A stretch of 64,000 nt of DNA from Armatimonadota bacterium (lineage in GTDB: Bacteria > Armatimonadota > Hebobacteria > CAIYQO01): contig JAGUZN010000398.1 of NCBI GenBank assembly GCA_020060775.1, forward strand, positions 2,467-66,466. Direction: 5' to 3'. Position 1 is the stretch's first letter; each line of letters starts with the position of its first letter. The translations under genes and the position numbers were made by a program. This document shows positions 7,704 through 16,742 of this stretch, in pieces. The notes under the pieces were generated by a model. That model searched no databases. It had not been told where the DNA came from and was given only the letters and a program-made list of their open reading frames with translations.

Positions 7704-9149
7704 ATGGCTGAATACGAACCGGTGATTGGATTTGAGATTCACGCTGAACTGGCGACACACTCAAAAATTTTTTGCGGATGCAGCACCGAGCCTGGTGCGC
7801 CGCCGAACACCCATACCTGCCCTATCTGCCTCGGGCTGCCCGGGGTGTTGCCCGTGTTGAATCGCACGGCGCTGGAGTACGGATTGAAGGTGGCGCTCGC
7901 CTGCCACTGTTCGGTGCCCAGCCCATCGATCTTCGAGCGGAAGAATTACTACTACCCCGACCTTCCGAAAAATTACCAGATTTCGCAAAAGCGTTCGCCC
8001 ATCGGTCTCGACGGCTGGTTTGAGTTCGAGGTGGACGGACAGCCAAAGCGTGTGAGTATTATCGACATTCACCTCGAGGAGGATGCCGGCAAACTGATTC
8101 ATCCGGAAGAACGCAGTGCGGCCGGGCAGAGCCTGGTGGATTTCAATCGGGCGGGTGTGCCGTTGCTGGAAATCGTCTCTGGCCCGGATTTACGCAGCAT
8201 CGCCGAGGCGGAAGCCTATATGGCAGGGATGCGGCAATTGCTGCTATATCTGGACGTCTCGCACGCACGTATGGAGCTGGGGCAAATCCGCTTTGAAGCG
8301 AACATTTCAGTGCGGCCCAAGGGATCGACCACCTTGGGCAAGCGCGTCGAGGTCAAGAATGTGAACTCGTTCCGCACAGTGACGCGGGCGATCGAATATG
8401 AGATCGACCGCCAGATCGAAGCCTATGAACAGGGTGAGCGCGTGCTGCAGGAAACGCGCTTGTGGGATGAGGCGCGCGGGATGACAGTGGCGATGCGCAG
8501 CAAAGAGGAATCGCATGACTATCGCTATTTCCCCGAGCCTGATCTGGTGCCCATGGTGTTCACCACGGAGTATCTGAACGGTTTGCTCGCGCAACAGCCA
8601 GAGTTGCCTGCTGCGCGCCGCACGCGATTTATCGAGCAGTTCGGATTGCCCGCATACGATGCGGCGATCCTGACCTCGGAGAAAGCTTTTGCCGACTTTA
8701 TCGATGCGGCGGTCGCATTGGGTGTTTCGCCGAAAGCCGTATCCAACTGGATGATGGGCGAGATGCTGCGCCTGTTGAATGAACGCGGCCTGGCGCCGGA
8801 AGCCATGCCGGTGCAACCGCGGCAATTGGTGGAACTCATCGCACTGGTTGAGGCTGGACGCATCAACACCACCCAGGCCAAGAAGGTGTTCGAAGAGATG
8901 TTCGAGACCGGGCGCGATGCGGAAGCGATCGTACAGGACCGCGGCTTTGCGCAGATCTCCGACACGTCCGCGCTGGAGGCGATTGTGGATGCTGTGCTTA
9001 CTGCCAATCCGGAGCCGGCAGCCCGTTATGCGGCGGGTGAGGACAAACCGTTAGGATTCCTGGTCGGCCAGGTCATGCGCGAATCACGCGGCCAGGCCAA
9101 TGCCCCGATGGTCAACGAGCTGTTACGCCGGCGTCTACGCGGCGAATAA
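7704..9149 (+). CDS. gatB: Asp-tRNA(Asn)/Glu-tRNA(Gln) amidotransferase subunit B
   Basis: N-terminus EPVIGFEIHAELATHSKIFCGC...CPICLGLPGVLP and a C-terminal GatB/YqeY-type domain. Confidence 0.95.
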   Translation: MAEYEPVIGFEIHAELATHSKIFCGCSTEPGAPPNTHTCPICLGLPGVLPVLNRTALEYGLKVALACHCSVPSPSIFERKNYYYPDLPKNYQISQKRSPIGLDGWFEFEVDGQPKRVSIIDIHLEEDAGKLIHPEERSAAGQSLVDFNRAGVPLLEIVSGPDLRSIAEAEAYMAGMRQLLLYLDVSHARMELGQIRFEANISVRPKGSTTLGKRVEVKNVNSFRTVTRAIEYEIDRQIEAYEQGERVLQETRLWDEARGMTVAMRSKEESHDYRYFPEPDLVPMVFTTEYLNGLLAQQPELPAARRTRFIEQFGLPAYDAAILTSEKAFADFIDAAVALGVSPKAVSNWMMGEMLRLLNERGLAPEAMPVQPRQLVELIALVEAGRINTTQAKKVFEEMFETGRDAEAIVQDRGFAQISDTSALEAIVDAVLTANPEPAARYAAGEDKPLGFLVGQVMRESRGQANAPMVNELLRRRLRGE

Positions 9150-9172
9150 GGACACACCTAGACGTACATGAT

Positions 9173-9212
9173 CACCGCCTGATGGACCATTATGGGCTTC
9201 CATCAGGCGGTG
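9173..9212. terminator. 13-bp perfect stem-loop (CACCGCCTGATGG/CCATCAGGCGGTG) between convergent gatB and gcvH; putative bidirectional terminator without a strong T-tract
   Basis: Inverted repeat read from the sequence. Confidence 0.4.
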
Positions 9213-9235
9213 AATGTTTACGGGCTGGGCTGCGC

Positions 9236-9622
9236 TCAGGCCAGTTTCGCCTGGTATTCGGCAGCGGTCTGCAGGCTATCGTACTCATCGGGGTTGGCCA
9301 TGTCGATTTTGACCATCCAGCCGGCGCCGTACGGATCTTCATTAATTTTTGCCGGTTCATCGATCAGCGCTTCATTCACTTCGACGACCTTGCCGCTCAC
9401 CGGCGTGTACAGGTCGGAAATGCTCTTCACGGATTCCACGCTGCCCATCACTTCTTCCGCGGCGAGTTCGTCATCGACCTGCGGCAGATCGACGTATACC
9501 ACTTCGCCGAGCTGATCCTGGGCGTAGTGGGTGATACCGATGGTCGCCACATTGCCATCTTTGCGCACCCACTGGTGGGTCTCGTTATATTTCACATCGT
9601 CAGGGTACATAAGCTCCTCCAC
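9236..9622 (-). CDS. gcvH: Glycine cleavage system H protein (lipoyl carrier)
   Basis: Lipoyl-lysine region ESVKSISDLYTPVSGKVVEVN. Length 128 aa. Confidence 0.9.
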   Translation of the reverse strand: MEELMYPDDVKYNETHQWVRKDGNVATIGITHYAQDQLGEVVYVDLPQVDDELAAEEVMGSVESVKSISDLYTPVSGKVVEVNEALIDEPAKINEDPYGAGWMVKIDMANPDEYDSLQTAAEYQAKLA

Positions 9623-9762
9623 TATGAAATTTGTGTTGCCGTACAGACTATCGGCCTCATGGCTGCTGCGGAGTGTTGCCTCGCGGCAGAGCCGGGATGC
9701 CGGACGCCCGTATCTTTTCTACAACACCTACCGCTAAATTCCCTCCTGCTCTTCCATAAAGA

Positions 9763-10245
9763 ATGCACACACGGTACAATACAGGCATGGAAAGATATAC
9801 GACCAGTCTCGATGTCCACATTTTCCAGCGTCAGGCGGGCCGCATGCTCTACCTGCTGCTGCACCGGGGACCGCAGAGCGGACATGCCGGCCAGTGGGAG
9901 GCCGCGTCCGGTCCCTTGGCCGAGCAGGACGATCTCATTGCCGCTGCCAAGCGCGTGGTCGCACTGGAAAGCGGGTTACAGCCCATGGCCCTCTATGCCC
10001 TGGATTACCTGCACAGCTATTTCGACCCACAGGACGGCCGCATCCATCTCGCGCCGGTCTTTGCCGCTGAAGTGGCGGAGGAGGCGGTGACCACCGCCAG
10101 CGACGTTGATGCCAGTCGCTGGGTGACTTACGATCAGGCCATGGAGATGTTGCGCCGACCCGGACATCGCAAGGGCTTGCAGCGCACGCACGAGGATGTG
10201 GTAAGCGCCGTGGACCGCGGTGGTCCCTTCCGCATTTCCCGCTGA
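9763..10245 (+). CDS. NUDIX-family hydrolase (probable)
   Basis: Size of about 155 aa and a Nudix-box-like segment (AAAKRVVALESGL). The start may instead be the second ATG at 9787. Confidence 0.55.
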   Translation: MHTRYNTGMERYTTSLDVHIFQRQAGRMLYLLLHRGPQSGHAGQWEAASGPLAEQDDLIAAAKRVVALESGLQPMALYALDYLHSYFDPQDGRIHLAPVFAAEVAEEAVTTASDVDASRWVTYDQAMEMLRRPGHRKGLQRTHEDVVSAVDRGGPFRISR

Positions 10246-10278
10246 CGGATCCCCCGCATTTTTACACAAGGATAGGGC

Positions 10279-11475
10279 ATGATCCGCTTTCCGCATATCA
10301 AGCCTGGAAACCCGTTAGCCAATCTGCTCACGACTGCGCACACTCCAACGGGTTACGCCCTGCAGGGTGTGGCGCGCGTCGGACGGCGCACAAAAAATCT
10401 CGTCCGACGACTGCGGCCGGGAGAAATCGCTGTCATTGATCATGCCGACCTCGATGGTCCGGCAGCCGAAGCGCTGGCGAATTGCCGCGTCGCCGCCGTA
10501 ATCAATGCCGCGGCCTCCATTACCGGGCGTTACCCCAACCGTGGCCCGCAGGTATTGCTTGACGCCGGCATCCCGGTGCTCGACTGCGCCGGTACGGCGA
10601 TCATGGATAATATTCCGGATGGCGAACTCATCAGTATTCACAACGATGCGATCTATTTCCAGGAAGATCAAATCGCTCGTGGACAGTGGATGACTCAGGA
10701 ACGCCTGGCCGCAGAACTACTGGCCGCACGGGACAATCTGGATATCGCCCTCCGCGATTTTGTCCGTAACACCCTTTCCTATGTTGAGGAGGAACGCGGC
10801 CTCCTTTTCGAGCATGTGCAGTTGCCGCCGTTCGCCATCGACTTGCAGGATCGTCCGGTGGTGATCGTCGTACGCGGCGAAGGCACGCGACAAGATCTAG
10901 CGGCCATTCACACGTATATCCGAGATCAACGCCCCGTGCTCATCGGGGTCGATGGGGGCGCTGATATCCTGCGCGAACTTGGCTACACCCCGGATATCAT
11001 CTTTGGCGACATGGACAGCATCAGCGATGCATCGCTGCAGTGTGGCGCCCAGGTCATTGTACACGCCTACCCGGATGGACGGTGTCCGGGCAAGGAGTGC
11101 CTGGATCGTCTCCAGGTTCCGTATGACATTCTTCCCGGGCGCGGTACCAGCGAAGATGTCATTATGCTGGCCGTCTACGAGAAAGGTGCGGAACTGCTGA
11201 TTGCGGTCGGCACGCATTTCAATCTTATCGACTTTCTGGATAAAACCCGGGGTGGCATGTCCAGCACCTTCCTCGTGCGCCTGCGCGTCGGTTCCCGCCT
11301 GGTCGACGCCAAGGGTGTGAACCGACTGTATCACGTCTCCTATCCCCTCCTCCACTTCTCGCTGATGGTCGCAGTGGCCCTGCTGGCGATCGGCACGATC
11401 TTCATGCTGTCGCCAGGGGTGCGTTCGCTCGTGCAGCTCCTGCTCATGCAGATCCAGCGTACTATTGGCTGGTAG
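10279..11475 (+). CDS. SteA-like protein (putative cytokinetic ring-associated, thiamin-pyrophosphokinase-like fold) with a C-terminal transmembrane helix
   Basis: Conserved SteA-type block ASITGRYPNRGPQVLLDAGIPVLD. A hydrophobic helix near the C-terminus. Confidence 0.55.
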   Translation: MIRFPHIKPGNPLANLLTTAHTPTGYALQGVARVGRRTKNLVRRLRPGEIAVIDHADLDGPAAEALANCRVAAVINAAASITGRYPNRGPQVLLDAGIPVLDCAGTAIMDNIPDGELISIHNDAIYFQEDQIARGQWMTQERLAAELLAARDNLDIALRDFVRNTLSYVEEERGLLFEHVQLPPFAIDLQDRPVVIVVRGEGTRQDLAAIHTYIRDQRPVLIGVDGGADILRELGYTPDIIFGDMDSISDASLQCGAQVIVHAYPDGRCPGKECLDRLQVPYDILPGRGTSEDVIMLAVYEKGAELLIAVGTHFNLIDFLDKTRGGMSSTFLVRLRVGSRLVDAKGVNRLYHVSYPLLHFSLMVAVALLAIGTIFMLSPGVRSLVQLLLMQIQRTIGW

Positions 11476-11604
11476 TCACCGTCGGAGACACACCAGCATA
11501 CCGCAGTTCGCTCTGCACACCAGCACGCTGAAGACCAATGCGCCTTGACAACTGGCGGGCCCTTGGGTAGCATGAGCCGGGATTTCCCCGTATCGGAGTG
11601 CAGA

Positions 11605-12435
11605 ATGTCGGCCTTGCCTTTTGAACTCATCTCTCTGGATCTCGACCTCACGTTCCTGGACACGCACCATCGGATCAGTCCGCGCAATCTGGCTGCCGTA
11701 CGCCAGTGTCACGCCCTGGGGGCGAAAGTCATAATTACTTCGGGGCGAATGTACCGGTGCACGTTGCCATACATCCACGAGTGCAACCTGCACGACACCC
11801 CAGCCATCACGTATAACGGCGCGTATATCAAGCAGGAGAATACCGGAGAGATCTTGCTTCACGAACATCTGGATATCAACGTGGCGCAGGAAGTGGTGGA
11901 ATTCTGTGCTCGCGAAGGCTTGAATCTCAACTATTATCTGGATGATCACCTGTACATCGATCAGCCCAATGCCTGGGCTGATTTGTATGCAGAGCGTACC
12001 GGTGCACCATTGAATGCGGTCGGAGACCTGCGCCAATTCGCCGACTGTGCGCCAACGAAAGTACTGATCGTGAACGAACCGTCGCGGATCGCCCGGTTGT
12101 TCGACGTCATGCGGGAATACTATGCCGGCCGGGCATACGTGACCATTTCGAACGCGGAGTATCTGGAATTCATGCCGATCGGCGTGGACAAAGGCAAGGC
12201 GCTGTCAATGGTGGCCGAGCACTTCGGCATTGCGCGAGAGAAGGTGATCGCCTTCGGGGATGCCGGCAACGATGTTCCGGTATTGCGTTGGGCGGGGGTT
12301 GGCGTGGCCATGGAAAACGCGGGCGAAGCCGCGAAAGCCGCAGCTGATCGTATCGCCCCGCGACATGACGAGGATGGCGTGGCCGTTGTGCTGGAAGCTT
12401 TATTCGGCTTTGTGTCAACTGCCAGCGTCTCCTAG
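11605..12435 (+). CDS. Cof-type HAD-IIB family hydrolase
   Basis: Motif I LISLDLDLTFLD and the C-terminal FGDAGNDVPVL motif. Start placed at the internal ATG 11605 rather than ORF-track 11545. Confidence 0.8.
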   Translation: MSALPFELISLDLDLTFLDTHHRISPRNLAAVRQCHALGAKVIITSGRMYRCTLPYIHECNLHDTPAITYNGAYIKQENTGEILLHEHLDINVAQEVVEFCAREGLNLNYYLDDHLYIDQPNAWADLYAERTGAPLNAVGDLRQFADCAPTKVLIVNEPSRIARLFDVMREYYAGRAYVTISNAEYLEFMPIGVDKGKALSMVAEHFGIAREKVIAFGDAGNDVPVLRWAGVGVAMENAGEAAKAAADRIAPRHDEDGVAVVLEALFGFVSTASVS

Positions 12436-12450
12436 ATTGCAGAGGCAGCC

Positions 12451-12735
12451 ATGATGGTGGTGGGCGTCGCCGAAATCGCCCTGGAGATTACCGATGCCAT
12501 GACGTTGAAGGATAAGCGTCAAGTGGTGCGCAGCCTGTTGGCACGCATCCGCAACAGCTTCAATGTCTCTGCTGCCGAAGTTGGCCAACTGAATGCCCAC
12601 CGGCAGACCACGCTGGGCATCGCCGGGGTCGCCAACGAGAAGGCCTACGTACACGGCATGCTGGAAAAGATTGTGGATTTGATCGAGCGTGACGGGCGTG
12701 TGTTGTTATTGGATTATTCAATTGAATTCGTCTAG
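12451..12735 (+). CDS. DUF503 (YlxP-like) protein
   Basis: 94-aa protein immediately upstream of rbfA, the conserved ylxP position. Confidence 0.7.
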   Translation: MMVVGVAEIALEITDAMTLKDKRQVVRSLLARIRNSFNVSAAEVGQLNAHRQTTLGIAGVANEKAYVHGMLEKIVDLIERDGRVLLLDYSIEFV

Positions 12736-12762
12736 ATGACATGCCACCTTGCAGGAGAACCC

Positions 12763-13137
12763 ATGGCTTCAACACGACAACAAAAAATGGCGCGTGTGCT
12801 GCGGGACGAGTTGAGCCGCATTATACGCGAAGAAGTGAATGACCCGCGATTGGGGCTGGTGTCGATCACCGGTGTCGATGTCGCTCCGGATATGAAATCG
12901 GCCCGCGTGTACGTGAGCGTATATGGCTCACAGGACGAACAGCAACAGTCACTGGACGTGCTGGTGCGGGCCAGCGGTTTCTTGCGCGGCGAGTTCGGAC
13001 GGCAGATCAACCTGCGGTATACCCCCCAGCTTTTTTTTGAACTGGATACGTCACTGGAACGCGGGGCACGTGTTGTCGAACTCTTGCATGAGATCGAGAA
13101 AGAGCAGCAGAAAGAACATCATGAAGATCAGGCCTGA
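12763..13137 (+). CDS. rbfA: Ribosome-binding factor A
   Basis: RVLRDELSRIIREEVNDPRLGLVSITGVDVAPDMKSARVYVSV. Start at ATG 12763. Confidence 0.85.
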   Translation: MASTRQQKMARVLRDELSRIIREEVNDPRLGLVSITGVDVAPDMKSARVYVSVYGSQDEQQQSLDVLVRASGFLRGEFGRQINLRYTPQLFFELDTSLERGARVVELLHEIEKEQQKEHHEDQA

Positions 13138-14095
13138 AGCCCAACATGTGGCGGATGAATTGCTGCGGTACCCTGCCTGCTTGATTGCCACACATGTCAA
13201 CCCCGAGGGGGATGCCATTGGCTCCCAACTGGCATTGGCGCTGGCATTGGAGCAACGCGGCATTATCGTCCATTGTTACGACCGGGACGGCGTCCCCGAT
13301 ACCTGTCGTTTCATGCCAACCTGGGAGCGCGTGCGCACGGTGGTGCCCTCCCCTGCCCCTCCGTTGGTCATCTACGTCGATGCCGACCGCCTGGAGCGAT
13401 GCGCCCTGTCCGTCGAGGAGTTGCCCGGTGCGCAATCGTTCGTGCGCATTGACCACCATCAGAGCACAGCGGTTGGCCCGGGCCTGTCATTGGTCGATAC
13501 CCATGCGGCGGCCGCCGGCGAGTTAGTGTTTGAAGTCCTCGCCGCTATGCAGGCGGACCTTACTCCGGAGATCGCCACCTGTTTGTTAGCAGCCTTGATG
13601 GTGGATACCGGGCGCTTCAGCTATGCCAGCACCACTCCGACGACGCACCATATTGCCGCGGAACTGCTGGCGGCGGGCGCTGACCGGGAAGCGATTGTCG
13701 ATTGGACGTGGGGGCGCGCCAGCCTATCGGCGCTCAAGCTGAAAGGGCTGGCGCTGTCGTCATTACAGGTCAGCGCAGATGGCCAGATCAGTTGGGCGGT
13801 GCTGCGGCAGCAAGATTTCGAGGCGGCATCCGCCTCCCCGGAAGACACCGAAGGGATTATCGACCAGGTGCGATGCGTGGCCGGTACGCGTGTTGCCGCT
13901 CTGTTTTCCGAAAAACATGGCGAGGTGCGCGTGAGTCTGCGGTCGCGCGGTAGGGTGAATGTGGCCGAACTGGCCTCCAGCTTCGGCGGCGGGGGGCATG
14001 CGCGCGCTGCCGGCATCACCTATAACGGCTCCATGGATGAAGCCGTTGCTGCTGTGCTGCAGGCTATTAAAGATGCGCTGGCACAGATCGCTTAA
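13121..14095 (+). CDS. nrnA: DHH-family phosphoesterase NrnA (bifunctional oligoribonuclease / pAp phosphatase)
   Basis: DHH motif (RIDHHQS) and a DHHA1-type C-terminus (GGGHARAAG). ATG 13121 overlaps the rbfA stop by 17 nt. Confidence 0.8.
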   Translation: MKIRPEAQHVADELLRYPACLIATHVNPEGDAIGSQLALALALEQRGIIVHCYDRDGVPDTCRFMPTWERVRTVVPSPAPPLVIYVDADRLERCALSVEELPGAQSFVRIDHHQSTAVGPGLSLVDTHAAAAGELVFEVLAAMQADLTPEIATCLLAALMVDTGRFSYASTTPTTHHIAAELLAAGADREAIVDWTWGRASLSALKLKGLALSSLQVSADGQISWAVLRQQDFEAASASPEDTEGIIDQVRCVAGTRVAALFSEKHGEVRVSLRSRGRVNVAELASSFGGGGHARAAGITYNGSMDEAVAAVLQAIKDALAQIA

Positions 14096-14150
14096 TGTCA
14101 GCAGGAATTGCTCCTTCCTTCGCTGAACAGTATCGTTACGGATATTACCA

Positions 14151-15245
14151 TTGGAGGACCTGCTGTTGACCTCGCGTGAACGTTTGCTCACCGCCATGCG
14201 CCGGGATACCCCGGACCGCATCCCGTATACTTTTGACGCCACGGCCGAATGCGCGCAGGCGCTCTGCCAACACCTGGGCTTGAGTGATGCGGCTGAAATT
14301 CCCGGCTACTTCGGCTGTGACCGCTTCAGCAATTTAACTCATCTCACCGGTGCGCCGCATATTCGCTGGAACCTGCCGACCGAAGGTCCGGATGGCACGC
14401 GCCTGACGATCTGGGGCACCCCGATGAAGTATGTGTCCTATTCGACGGGTGGCTACTGGGAATACGACACCCCTCCCCTCGCCCAGATGGATTCGGTCGC
14501 TGAGATCGATAGTTACGCCTGGCCGAACCCGGATCGCGTCACCTTCGCACCATTGCCCGCTGATGGCTCGTGGCGGACACGACATACTGAGGCGGTGTTC
14601 GGCGAGGGTAGCTTCATCGGGCCATTTGGGATCGCCTGGCAAGTGCGCGGCATGGAAAATTTGATGATGGACATGATCGCTGACCCCGCCATGGTCGACG
14701 CCATTGTGTCCCACATCGAGGCGTTCACGCTACCGTTGTTAGAACGCTGCTTGCAGACCTATGCCGGAGCGCTCGATTATGTCGGGTGCGGCGATGATTT
14801 CGGCACGCAGCTCGGTTTGTTGATCAGCCGTGAACATTTTCAGCGGTTCTTTGCCCCCAGTTTACAACGGCACTTCGCGCTGGCCAAATCATACGGCGTG
14901 ACCTGTTATCAACACTGTTGCGGTGCGATCGCCGAGATTATCCCGGATTTGATCGATTGCGGCATCGAGGTGCTCAATCCGATCCAGGTGACGGCAACCG
15001 GCATGGAGCCTGCCTGGTTGAAGCGGGAATTCGGCCAGCACCTGGCGTTTCACGGCGCCATCGATATCCAGCAAACATTGCCGACGGGAACGCCGGAGGA
15101 TGTGCGCCGTGAGGTGTGCGCGCGCATCGAGCAGTTGGGTCCGAATGGCTACATCCTCGCGCCGTCTCACTCCATGCAGGTGGATATTCCTCCTGAGAAT
15201 ATCGTCGCCATGTATGATGAAGTGCGGAACGCCGTGCCGGCATAA
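14151..15245 (+). CDS. Uroporphyrinogen-decarboxylase (URO-D) family protein (MtaA/CmuA-like methyltransferase or decarboxylase)
   Basis: URO-D-like TIM-barrel sequence features (LAPSHSMQVDIPPENIVAM C-terminus). Length 364 aa. Confidence 0.55.
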   Translation: MEDLLLTSRERLLTAMRRDTPDRIPYTFDATAECAQALCQHLGLSDAAEIPGYFGCDRFSNLTHLTGAPHIRWNLPTEGPDGTRLTIWGTPMKYVSYSTGGYWEYDTPPLAQMDSVAEIDSYAWPNPDRVTFAPLPADGSWRTRHTEAVFGEGSFIGPFGIAWQVRGMENLMMDMIADPAMVDAIVSHIEAFTLPLLERCLQTYAGALDYVGCGDDFGTQLGLLISREHFQRFFAPSLQRHFALAKSYGVTCYQHCCGAIAEIIPDLIDCGIEVLNPIQVTATGMEPAWLKREFGQHLAFHGAIDIQQTLPTGTPEDVRREVCARIEQLGPNGYILAPSHSMQVDIPPENIVAMYDEVRNAVPA

Positions 15246-15289
15246 CCGGCAGGGGTAGTCCGTTCCGCGTATTCGGGAGGCTGCAAGGG

Positions 15290-16729
15290 ATGGCCATGGA
15301 TATCCGCGATGTGTTAGCGAAGATTCCCCAGGGTGATGCGCTGCTGGCGGCGCGGCATGAGGTCGGCATTCACGCATGGATTGTGGGCGGGGCCGTGCGC
15401 GATCTGCTGCTACAGCGCACGCCATGCGACGTCGATGTCACCTGTGCGCAACCGGAAGCGCTGGCACGCACCTTCGCCGCGAAGCTGAATGCGCATGTGG
15501 TGCCTATGGATGTGGAGCGCGGCATCTGGCGCGTCGCGATTGCCCGCGCGGCCTACATGGATTTCTGCGCATTCCGCGATAGCGATATCGTGGGTGATCT
15601 CCGCGGTCGTGACTTTACCTTCAATGCCATTGCCCTGGAACTGCCGTCAGCGGATGCACCGGATTCTAAAGGCGTGCTCGACCCGTTCCATGGGATCGAG
15701 GACCTGGACGCCGGTGTGTTGCGCATGGTGGATCCACGCGCATTCGCCGATGATCCGGCGCGGGTGATGCGCGCTTTCCGTTTTCTCGCCGAGCTCCCCC
15801 TGACGATCGAAGAAGATACCTGGGACGCGCTGGTGGCGGTGGCGCCACGCCTGCTCGGCGTCGCACGGGAACGTGTGCTCGTGGAACTCTGGAAGCTATG
15901 CGCAGGCGCGCGCGCCGCCCATGCCATACAGCGCATGGATGAGGCGGGTGTCCTGGGCCGTCTTATCCCGAAAATCGAAGAGGCCAAAGGGGTCACCCAG
16001 AACGCCTACCATCACCTCGATGTCTGGCACCACCTGCTGCTGGCGGTCACCAACATGGCGCGCATACTGCACCACCCTGAAGAGGAGTTGCAGCAGTACG
16101 TCGGGGCATTCGGCCCGGTGCTGGATGACGCACATCGCCGCGCACGCCTGGTGTTCCTCGCGCTCATCCATGATATCGCCAAACCGGCCACACGTACGGT
16201 GAAAGCCGGGCGCGTACACTTCTACGGGCATGACGAGGTCGGGGCGCAGATGGTCGCGGATATTGCGCGACAGTTTGGCATGAGCAATGACGATACGCGG
16301 GCGCTCACAACGGTCGTGCGGCACCACTTGCGCCCGTTGTTTATGATGCAGTCCCTGCAGCGCGGGCAGTTATCCCGTAAGGCGATGGGTAAGTTCTACG
16401 ATGACGTCGGCCCGTACGCCCTGGAGGTGCTGTTATTAGCGATGGCGGATAAGATGGCCGGGCGTGGCCCGTTGGCGGAGCCGGACATCCAACGGCAGAT
16501 GCGCGACCTGTATGGCCAATTATTTACGTTCTATGACACGGTGTATCGTCTGATACAGGAGCACCCGCTGGTCACCGGCCATGATCTGATCGCGGAACTC
16601 GGCATCCCTCCGGGAAGCGAAGTAGGACGCCTGCTGCGTGAGATTCGTACACGGCAAGTGCTTGGGGCACTATCGACGCGCGATGAGGCGTTGCGCTGGG
16701 CTCGCCGCCAGCACAACCGCCAGTCATAA
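15290..16729 (+). CDS. cca: CCA-adding tRNA nucleotidyltransferase / poly(A) polymerase family with HD domain
   Basis: N-terminal GGAVRDLLL...DVDV head-domain motif and a downstream HD-domain region. Confidence 0.8.
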   Translation: MAMDIRDVLAKIPQGDALLAARHEVGIHAWIVGGAVRDLLLQRTPCDVDVTCAQPEALARTFAAKLNAHVVPMDVERGIWRVAIARAAYMDFCAFRDSDIVGDLRGRDFTFNAIALELPSADAPDSKGVLDPFHGIEDLDAGVLRMVDPRAFADDPARVMRAFRFLAELPLTIEEDTWDALVAVAPRLLGVARERVLVELWKLCAGARAAHAIQRMDEAGVLGRLIPKIEEAKGVTQNAYHHLDVWHHLLLAVTNMARILHHPEEELQQYVGAFGPVLDDAHRRARLVFLALIHDIAKPATRTVKAGRVHFYGHDEVGAQMVADIARQFGMSNDDTRALTTVVRHHLRPLFMMQSLQRGQLSRKAMGKFYDDVGPYALEVLLLAMADKMAGRGPLAEPDIQRQMRDLYGQLFTFYDTVYRLIQEHPLVTGHDLIAELGIPPGSEVGRLLREIRTRQVLGALSTRDEALRWARRQHNRQS

Positions 16730-16742
16730 TATACTGACGCCC

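Noticed and set aside
9623-9762. Glycine riboswitch in the gcvH leader
   Set aside because: The reverse-complemented leader lacks the conserved aptamer elements (GGAGAG ... ACCGAAGGGGCAA). Nothing recognisable.
9182-10090. 302-aa ORF on the + strand (and nested 9192..9515)
   Set aside because: It lies antisense to the well-supported gcvH and overlaps the gatB/gcvH terminator hairpin. Long antisense ORFs are expected at about 60% GC. Low-complexity Ala/Arg/Ser-rich product.
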